From Eledone cirrhosa (lineage: Eukaryota), in the NCBI GenBank assembly GCA_964016885.1, contig OZ024745.1, positions 53,692,001 through 53,756,000 of the forward strand: a stretch of 64,000 bases of DNA, in the 5' to 3' direction. The translations under genes and the position numbers were made by a program. The notes beneath the pieces were generated by a model. It was not told the DNA's origin. It worked only from the letters and a program-made list of their open reading frames with translations, and ran no database searches. Numbering within the stretch: the first letter of the stretch is position 1; each line of letters begins with the position of its first letter. Below, piece after piece: positions 52,931 to 64,000 of this stretch.

Positions 52931-53254
52931 GTGCCAAGTTCTAATCTGTAGTTGACTTTGGGTTTAGCCTAGCTATTAGAATTCCTTTGATTTCAGGGTT
53001 ACCTAAGTTCTTCTCCCTGGCTTCAATAATAACTGATATGTCTTTGCTGTTTTTGCACCCGTCTAAGTGTTTTCTGAAGGATGTGTGTGTATTGAGTTGT
53101 TTATCAATGTAAAAGTCCCTGTATTTAATGCATTGAATGCAGTATATTGTGTATGTTCACTGGCACATTAATATATAACATGTGATAATTTTCATGCTGG
53201 TATGTCACACCAGTTGTCGGCTGTTACACTCATTGGATCTTTGTTTTCACACCA

Positions 53255-53692
53255 AGATGACTGAACACATCAAGCTTTGCTAAAGGATTGATTATACTCA
53301 AGCTCAAACTATCCACTAGATTCAACAGGCCTTTGGCGATGACACAGGAAAAAAATCAGATCAAGGAGTAGTACAACTGCCTCAAACATGGCAGCATTTC
53401 AGTGGAGAAGCGAATCAAGAAGATTCAGTGAATAGTTATGGAAGAGAGTTGTGTACCAATCCAGAAAATTCCTCACAAAATGGGAATAAGCATAGGATGT
53501 GTGAAGTCCATTTTAACGGCGGATTTATGCATGTGGAGAGTGTCGGTGAAAATCGTCACCAAGGTGTTGGTGGAGCAACAGAAGCAACTCCATATGGAAA
53601 TCGCTCAAGGCAAGCTGGACTGTGCACCCAACGACCCGGACTTCATCACTGGTGATGAGACATGGTCATCTTGTGTGAAAACAAAAAAATGA
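53255..53692 (+). mobile_element. Mariner transposase relic (HTH to first catalytic Asp)
   Basis: IQQAFGDD, QIKE*YN, SVKSIL-like and ITGDETW fragments with stops and frameshifts. Confidence 0.75.
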
Positions 53693-53989
53693 CCAGTGCG
53701 CACTACACGTCTACATTAGGCATAACAGCCAGAAACTGACACAGCATACTGGTGCTAAAATTGTCACATGTGCAAGAAGGGTGGCATCACCTCACACAAG
53801 GATTTTGCCCACACAGCATCAGCTTCGGTGGAGAAAAATGTATGTATGTATTTATACACACACACACTGCAATTTTTGTGGCACAAAATCTATAAAAATT
53901 CACTCCTTCCATCATTCAGCTCTTCAGTCACATTTAGACCAAGATTATGTAGTTTTGAATGTCTTCCAAGTCCTGACTTATTTTAAAGT

Positions 53990-54370
53990 CCTATGCCATA
54001 TGTACCACATGTTAAATTGGCTGCAAAGAATTGGTCATATATGACCGGTATTTCTGCACGCCTAGATGACATGTATAGCCAGCTTTTGGCAGGCATATAC
54101 GGCCACATACACTGCATACAAATTGAGGTAGAGGTCTCCACATGTTGGACTTTTTTAGCTATACACTTAATGCTAGACCATTCCAAAGCAGATTCCTGAA
54201 ATTCCCACCATTAGATATACTTGTGCACCACTCATATCTAATGCCAAGACTTTGCACAAAGACAGATCAATGTTGCACTATGTTAAGAAATCTTTCACAC
54301 AATCCTTGAAAAACAGATTTGGTTTATGTTGTGGTCTTGCACCAAGTATTGACTTGCCATTAGAAGACTT
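53990..54370 (-). mobile_element. Old RTE/BovB-like LINE 3' fragment
   Basis: GARPQHKPNLFFKDCVKDFL..CNID remnant. Confidence 0.45.
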
Positions 54371-54471
54371 GATTTGGGATTCTGCTGTCGTTAGAACTAA
54401 CAATGAGGCCTACCCATACACACACAAAAAAAATTTGAAAACAAAAAACAACACTGAGCATATATACTTAC

Positions 54472-54577
54472 TGTCCTTTTGACTTGGAGCAGGCGGCTTC
54501 CGAGTGGCCCAATTTGTCCTGATTGGCCTACTGCCCAGCCACTGTCCATTCATCGTATTTATTGCAGTTTCAGCATC
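54472..54577 (-). CDS. TIA1: TIA1/TIAR-family coding exon, end of RRM2 ([35 protein letters not shown])
   Basis: Manual translation gives the TIA1 hallmark [21 protein letters not shown]. TAG acceptor and GTAAGT donor; 106 nt, phase 0 to 1. No upstream exon was found in the window. Confidence 0.96.
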
Positions 54578-55504
54578 CTATATTAAGAACAATATAATGT
54601 ATTTTATCCTACTTGCACAACTGGCCAAAAAGTGGCCTTGATATTGTTAGCATAAAACTATCAACAATTTATAAACTAATATATAAATGGGAGTTTTGGT
54701 CTTTGCAACATACAGATGGTTTCTAATTGTACAAACTTTCAAGAAATTTGCTATTGGTTATATAACAATATGCTACATCATAATAACCATATCATAATCT
54801 GAACAAATGTGCATCAAACTCAAAAATTTCTGAAGATATTCCAATTGGTGCCTCCATTGATTACCACCAAATATCACTGTGTGTATAGTCTTACGACAAC
54901 GATATCTTTTAAATAAAGAGATATGGACAGTATTAAAGAAACAATTATCATGGCAGAATAGATATTAAACATACTGAACACAAAATTCAAATCATATTCC
55001 TGAATACATACCATAATGGTACCAGAATAAGCCAAAAAATGGTGTATACTCTAAAATTAATGAAATATCTTCATATCTAATAGTATTCTTCATACACGTC
55101 TTTTTTTTAAGGGGGAGGGGGTGAAGCATTCACATTTCTGAAATATCTGTACATTTAAATAATTTTTACTTCCAGTTTACTATCTTGGGTTTGAAAGCAA
55201 AAAACTAAAAGGTGTAACAAAGCATTTATCAACATTAATGGTTGTCAATTGACAACCTTCTAATGCCCATGGATAATTTCTTGGATTTAGATGAAAGACT
55301 GAGTGGATAAATTAATTGAAACTCATTCACTAGCATACGATCCCACCGAGGTTAACTTTGCTTATCATCCTTGCGGGGGTCGATAAAATAAAGTAGCAAT
55401 AATGCACTGGGATAATTGCTGGCCTTGTATAAATAGATATATACATACACATATACATGTTAGCGTGGAAGATAGACGTTAAACGATGATGATGATATAC
55501 ACAC

Positions 55505-55547
<43 letters not shown>

Positions 55548-55635
55548 ATATACATATACTTACATTATATACATACACATGGATTATATACATAATATAC
55601 GTAAACATGCATATATAATATACATATATACACAC

Positions 55636-55815
55636 ATCATCATCGTTTAACATCCCATCTTCCACGCTAGCATGGGTTAGGCAGTTTTGTTCCATTTGAT
55701 GCAGGACTGGGCAGGAGACCGTGTCTCGCTTGTACGGAAGTGTCTGGCAGGTTTTCTATGGTTGGATGCCCTTCCTAACACCAACCACATTTAGTGTGGA
55801 CTGGGTGCTTTTTGT
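55636..55815 (-). mobile_element. SINE 3' half, inverted relative to 56320-56500
   Basis: ggttggtgttaggaagggcatcca..cccatgctagc..gttaaacgatgatga motif set. Confidence 0.75.
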
Positions 55816-56319
55816 TGTCAATGACAATGGTTGGGGTAGGGTGTAAATATATACATAGACATATAAACACACACACACATACATTATATACATACACACA
55901 AACATACATACATTATATATATATATATATATATATACATACATGAAAGCTGTATAAAAAAGTGCAGGACGAACAAAATTGATGGAAGTGACGGAGTAGG
56001 TAGACCCAGAAAAACCTGGGGCGACTTGATAAATTCCGACCTTACACATACCTTTCTAAGACATTGTCACTGGACCGAGATCTTTGGCGGTACGCAGTAA
56101 TACATAAGACCGCCTTGCCTATGTACATAGCGAAACCTAGTCAGTAGGCACCTCTTAACCAAATATACACCCCCCTCACACTTCTACTCCACCCCCACCA
56201 ACACCACCCTCTCTTTGTAAAGTTATGTTGGTACCACAACATCCAATTCAAAATAAATGAAGATGTGTAGGTTTCACGACAAAAAAACAGTCTGTAATGT
56301 GGCCGTGTAGGTAACATGG

Positions 56320-56500
56320 TAAAAACCTCCCAGTCCACACTGTAAACGTGGTTGGTGTTAGGAAGGGCATCCAGCTGTAGAAAACCTGCCAAACAGTCCT
56401 ATACGAGCAAGGCACGGTCTCCCGACCAATCTTGCCTCACGTTGGAACAATTCTCGTCCATCCCATGCTAGCATGGAAGATAGACGTTAAACGATGATGA
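56320..56500 (+). mobile_element. SINE 3' half with (GAT)n tail
   Basis: Same motif set on the + strand. Confidence 0.75.
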
Positions 56501-56501
56501 T

Positions 56502-56541
<40 letters not shown>

Positions 56542-56637
56542 TATAAATCATCATTGTTTAACGTCCATATATAAATATACATACATACACATACATATAT
56601 ATATATATATACACACACACATACATACTAAAAAAAA

Positions 56638-56752
56638 CTGTCTTAAGCCAGTAGGCTAATTTGGCCGGTGCTTATCCCGGTTTCATGGCGTGAAGCGATT
56701 GAGAGTACAAGACTCCCATGGACAGGACGCCAGTCCATCGCAGGGTTACACC
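56638..56752 (-). mobile_element. Third SINE family 3' part (V-domain-like); matching piece at about 27105-27185 on +
   Basis: aaccctgcgatggactggcgtcctgtcca..gtcttgtactctcaatcgcttcacgc..aagcaccggccaaat; the last two blocks are shared by both loci. Confidence 0.65.
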
Positions 56753-56784
56753 TCACACACACACAGACATACATACACACATAT

Positions 56785-56841
<57 letters not shown>

Positions 56842-56895
56842 ATATACACATATATACATACATACACATGTATATACATATATACATACATACAT

Positions 56896-56942
<47 letters not shown>

Positions 56943-56962
56943 CATACATATATATATACCCG

Positions 56963-57248
56963 CAGCTTAGTGGTTAGAGCATTGGGCTTGCAATCAAAAG
57001 GTTGTGAGTTCAATTCTCAGACCAGGTGATGTGTTGTTTCCTTGAGCAAGACATTTTATTTCACATTGCTCCAGTTTACTCAGCTGTAGAAATGAGATGA
57101 TAGGACTGGGGTCGCCACTGCAAAGTGGCTGTGGAGGCGCCATGGCAAAAAAGTACCCAGCCCACACTGTAAATGAGGTTGGTGTTAGGAAGGGCATCCA
57201 GCTGTAGAAATCAAGCCAGAATCAGGGAAAAGTGGACGTAAAATGATA
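56963..57248 (+). mobile_element. tRNA-derived SINE, same subfamily as 59401-59740
   Basis: Near-identical head, core and body. Confidence 0.85.
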
Positions 57249-57281
57249 TATATACACATACATACATACACATATATACAT

Positions 57282-57312
<31 letters not shown>

Positions 57313-58178
57313 CAGGGTGCGGACGATATTTGTTCGCAATTTTTCAACTGCTAATTTTATGCAAATTTCTTTTTACTTCCGTTGTCACTCTTCTCTTCAT
57401 AAAAACAGTGACTATATTTCCATTAATTTATTTTCAGAATAATTGATTATGAATAATTTTGAACCTCCAAATATGTGGTAGAGACACAGAGTTCTCCTTG
57501 GAATCCGCGCCGGGAGGACAAATAAGGAAATTTCAGACTTTCTCAGTGTCAGCAGAAGAATGGTGGAAAAGATCAGAAAGGAATTGGAAGAATCAGGATT
57601 CGACTACAAAGCAACATCAGAGAGGAAAACACATGATCGACGATCTGACGCCTTCAGAACGCCAGAGTTCTTCCCTGAGGGCCTCAAGCTGAACAACGAT
57701 GGCTACATCCACGTTCTGGATCGACCAGGTAGCTGCAGGTAAGCCGTACATGTGGCAGCAAGACTCAGCGCCCTGCCATACCAGCCGAAAGACCCAAGCC
57801 TGGCTGTCAGAGAACTTCGTCGACCATACTTCACCTGACATCTGGCCTCCCAACTCACCTGACTGCAACTCCCTCGACTTCTTTGTGTGGGGCGCAGTGG
57901 AACGAGACACCAACAGATCTAGCTGCAATACGAAAGATGATCTGAAGGCCAGGTTCACAAGTGCCTTTAGGGGCCTAAGTCGAGGGACAGTGACGAAGGC
58001 CTGTAGCCGGTTCCGAGGCCGCCTAGAGGCCGCCATCAAAGCCAATGGCGGGTTTATCGAGTGAGATCGAAAGAAGTCATGAAGACAAACTGACCAGAGT
58101 TTGATAAATAAATCTTAAAAAATAAAACTTATTTTTTCCTAGACAGTAATCTTGCGAACAAATATCATCCACACCCTG
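57313..58178 (+). mobile_element. Tc1/mariner DD37D (maT) transposon, internally deleted
   Basis: 27-bp TIRs CAGGGTG(C/T)GGA(C/T)GATATTTGTTCGCAA with TA flanks. ORF 57699-58064 has QQDSAPCH..WPPNSPDCNSLD, with 37 residues between the 2nd and 3rd catalytic Asp. The first Asp region is missing. Confidence 0.92.
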
Positions 58179-58772
58179 TATATATATATATATATACATA
58201 CATACACCTATATATATATACATACATACACCTATATATATATACATACATACACCTATATATATATACATACACCTATATATATATACATACATACACC
58301 TATATATATATACATACATACACCTATATATATATATACATACACATATATACATACATATACATACATATACATACATATACATACATATACATATACA
58401 TATATATACATACAAATATATATATATATACATACACATATATATATATATACATACACATATATATACATACAAATATATATATATACATACACATATA
58501 TATATATATATACATACATATATATATACATACACATATATATATATATACATACACATATATATATATATATACATACACATATATATATATATATATA
58601 CATACACCTATATATATATACACATATATATATACATACATACACCTATATATATATACATACATACACCTATATATATATATATATACATACACCTATA
58701 TATATATACATACATACACCTATATATATATACATACATACACACACACATATATATATATATACATACACC

Positions 58773-58806
<34 letters not shown>

Positions 58807-58932
58807 CATATACATACATACACCTATATATATATATACATATATACACCTATATATATATATATATACACCTACACCTATATATATATACACCTACACC
58901 TATATATATATACACCTACACATATATATACA

Positions 58933-58968
<36 letters not shown>

Positions 58969-59008
58969 CACCTATATATATATACACCTATATATATATA
59001 TATACACC
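58179..59008. repeat. TA-derived microsatellite field with CACCTATA variant
   Basis: Direct reading. Confidence 0.97.
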
Positions 59009-59168
59009 TTCCTTGACCTCCTGCCCTGCTGTAGTTGGCACTATCAACGCACGACTGGGTTTCCCCACCCCCTCTTCCTCTTTCTTCTACTGGCAGGTTC
59101 AACTACCCCTCCCTTCCACAAATTGCCATGATAGAATTATGTGTCTCATCAACAAACTTTTGACCAAT

Positions 59169-59278
59169 CCTTCTGACAATCACTTTTACCATATAGCTCG
59201 GCTATTCATATAACAGGATAAAAATTTTCATTTAGTCCACAATTACCCGTCGAAACGGCTTGAGATCAGCCGTCGGGG
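59169..59278 (+). ncRNA. Decayed hammerhead motif in a PLE-like pLTR fragment (about 59010-59370)
   Basis: cctt-CTGACaA...GAAA-CGGCT-tgagatc-AGCCG-TC-gggg; perfect stem III and GUC triplet; G8 changed to A. Confidence 0.5.
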
Positions 59279-59400
59279 TCCTACTCGTTCCTACTCTACT
59301 ACCCTAAGTATTGAGTACTTTGGTGCATTATGGTCCACCTGGTTCCTTACAACATTTCCTTTGTTACACACACCTATATATATATATATATATATATATA

Positions 59401-59740
59401 GGCACATGGCTTAGTGGTTAGAGCATTGGCCATGCATTCGAAAGGTTGTGAGTTCAATTCTCAGACCAGGTGATGTGTTGTTTCCTTGAGCAAGACACTT
59501 TATTTCACATTGCTCCAGTTTACTCAGCTGTAGAAATGAGATGATAGGGACTGTGCTCCCTATCATTCCACTGCAAAGTGGACGTGTAGGTGTCACGGCA
59601 AAAAAGCACCCAGCACTCACTGTAAATGAGGTTGGTGTTAGGAAGGGCATCTAGCTGTAGAAATCAAGTCAGAATCAGTTCCCGTCCCACCCTTGCAAGC
59701 AGGGAAAAACGGACATAAAATGAAATGATGATGATGATGA
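59401..59740 (+). mobile_element. tRNA-derived SINE with CORE-like domain and (GAT)n tail
   Basis: A box TGGCTTAGTGG, B box GAGTTCAATTC, core ccttgagcaagacacttt, tail ggacataaaatgaaatgatgatgat. Confidence 0.85.
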
Positions 59741-60799
<1,059 letters not shown>

Positions 60800-61384
60800 G
60801 GTGGCTGCCAACTCGTTTTCGAGTACGGCCACTACTTTATATCCATGTAGGAGAACCCCTACCGATGCGCTGAACGAATGTGACTTTTTAGTCCAGCCAG
60901 CGACTTGAAAACTCTGGTACAAAGACTACACTTGTGACCATTATTGACACATAGTGCAGGGCCCATGGTACCATGTGATGACAAGTGCAGAGAGATCTCC
61001 AGATATAAAGCAATGCCTGTGCTGTGAAGCTTTTATAGTGAGCAAAGGCACTGCACAAAGCCAGTCCCACTCTCTTAACCAAGATGATATTTACCAAAAA
61101 GAAGAACAAGTCAACATCATTGGATACCATCAGGGTTGCAGGTGTTATATCAGAGTTTTCCTTCTCCTAGAATTCTGCCTTGACAAAGGCTAAGGGGTCA
61201 TCTCTCCCGGTGATTTTGGATGGCTATTGAGTCTTAAGAGCTCCCTTGCCCTTTGACAGGTTTTGTTTTTAGTCCTGCAGGATGTCCAAAGTCACCCTCC
61301 TCACCAAGAAACCTTGGTGGGGTTGCCAGTTTAGTCGCCAACGACCCGACCATGAGACAGGTTGTACTGGGATACATGTTACCA
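60800..61384 (-). mobile_element. 585-bp non-autonomous RTE-derived element, copy 2 (in the TIA1 intron)
   Basis: Same ends and length as 13969-14553; embedded in a TA/TACA microsatellite. Confidence 0.75.
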
Positions 61385-62277
61385 TATATATACATACATA
61401 TATATATACATACATATATATATACATACATATATATATACATACATATATATATACATACATACATATATATATATACATACATACATATATATATATA
61501 CATACATACATATATATATATACATATATATATATACATATATATATATACATATATATATATACATATATATATATACATATATATATATACATATATA
61601 TATATACATATATATATATACATATATATATATACATATATATACATATATATATATACATATATACATATATACATATATATATATACATATATACATA
61701 TACATATATACATATATATATATACATATATATATATACATATATACATATATACATATATATATATACATATATACATATATATATATACATATATACA
61801 TATATACATATATATATATACATATATACATATATACATATACATATATATATATACATATATATATATACATATATATATATACATATATATATATACA
61901 TATATATATATACATATATATATATACATATATATATATACATATATATATATACATATATATATATACATATATATATATACATATACATATATACATA
62001 TACATATATATATATACATATATATATATACATATATATATATACATATATATACATATATATATATACATATATATATATACATATATATATATACATA
62101 TATATATATACATATATATATATACATATATACATATACATATATACATATACATATATACATATACATATATATATATACATATATATATATACATATA
62201 CATATATACATATATATATATACATATATATATATATACATATATATATATACATATATACATATATACATATATAC

Positions 62278-62310
<33 letters not shown>

Positions 62311-62315
62311 CATAC

Positions 62316-62362
<47 letters not shown>

Positions 62363-62795
62363 CATATATATATATACATATATATATATACATATATATA
62401 TATACATATATATATATACATATATATATATACATATATATATATACATATATATATATACATATATATATATACATATATATATATACATATATATATA
62501 TACATATATATACATATATATATATACATATATATACATATATATATATACATATATATATATACATATATATATATACATATATATATATACATATATA
62601 TATATACATATATATATATACATATATATATATACATATATACATATACATATATACATATACATATATACATATATATATATACATATATATATATACA
62701 TATATATATATACATATACATATATACATATATATATATACATATATATATATATACATATATATATATACATATATACATATATACATATATAC

Positions 62796-62826
<31 letters not shown>

Positions 62827-62935
62827 CATATACATATATACATATATACATATACATATATATATATACATATATATACATATACATATATACATATATA
62901 TATATACATATATATATATACATATACATATATAC

Positions 62936-62966
<31 letters not shown>

Positions 62967-63265
62967 CATATATATATATACATATATACATATATACATA
63001 TATATACATATATATATATATACATATATATACATATATATATATATACATATATATACATATATATATATATACATATACATATATACATATATACATA
63101 TACATATATATATATATATACATATATACATATACATATATATATATATATACATATATACATATACATATATATATATATATACATATATACATATATA
63201 TATATACATATACATATATATATCTACATATATACATATATATATATACATATATATATATCTAC

Positions 63266-63296
<31 letters not shown>

Positions 63297-63533
63297 CATA
63301 TATACATACATATACATACATATATATATACATACATACATATACATACATATATATATACATACATATACATACATATATACATACATACATATACATA
63401 CATATATATATACATACATACATATACATACATATATATATACATACATATATATATACATACATATACATACATATATACATACATATATACACACATA
63501 TATACATACATACATATACATACATATACATAC

Positions 63534-63564
<31 letters not shown>

Positions 63565-63901
63565 CATACATGTATGTATATATATATACACACATATATA
63601 TATACATACATGTATGTATATATATATACATACACACACACACACATATACATATACATATATACATACATATACATACATATATATACATACATACATA
63701 CATATACATATACATACATATATATATATACATATATATACATACATACATACATATACATATACATACATATATATATATACATATATATATACATATA
63801 CATATACATACATATATATATATACATATACATATACATATATATATACATATACATATATATATATACATACATATATACATATACATACATATATATA
63901 C

Positions 63902-63954
<53 letters not shown>

Positions 63955-64000
63955 CATATATACATACATACATAAATACATACATACATAAATACATACA
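61385..64000. repeat. TA/TACA microsatellite field over 2.6 kb with a ~12-bp higher-order unit
   Basis: (CATATATATATA)n dominates about 61510-62800. Confidence 0.98.

Noticed and set aside
59401-59470. tRNA gene
   Set aside because: The A and B boxes belong to a SINE head; there is no cloverleaf, and it continues into the SINE core.
61234-63997. ORFs of 600-900 aa rich in Y/I/H/T/M/C/V
   Set aside because: Translations of stop-free TA/CA microsatellite; the same applies to the ORFs at 12-878, 3771-4231, 13079-14091 and 58077-60922.

Overview
AT-rich eukaryotic genomic DNA, saturated with microsatellites. The repeat families and the long (TA)n/(CA)n/(TATACA)n fields suggest an octopus or other coleoid cephalopod; this is inference from repeat style. 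One host gene is clear: the 3' part of a TIA1/TIAR (Rox8-like) RNA-binding protein gene on the minus strand. Seven GT-AG coding exons from 54577 to 40524 splice in frame and encode the end of RRM2, all of RRM3 and a Q/Y/G-rich prion-like tail. A probable ~5.5-kb U-rich 3' UTR follows, and the upstream exons appear to lie beyond base 64000. The last intron holds three short exon-like cassettes that would each add a different C-terminus and stop codon. The rest of the window is mobile DNA: a near full-length degenerate Penelope-like element of Hydra-clade type with inverted pseudo-LTRs, two more PLE endonuclease fragments, a non-autonomous Helitron, a DD37D (maT) element, a mariner relic, RTE LINE fragments, two copies of a 585-bp bipartite RTE-derived element and several SINE families. 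About ten type-I hammerhead ribozyme motifs, intact or decayed, can be folded by eye in the PLE pseudo-LTRs. These include a 163-bp-arm palindrome that carries a hammerhead on each strand. Almost all long ORFs in the supplied track are microsatellite artefacts.
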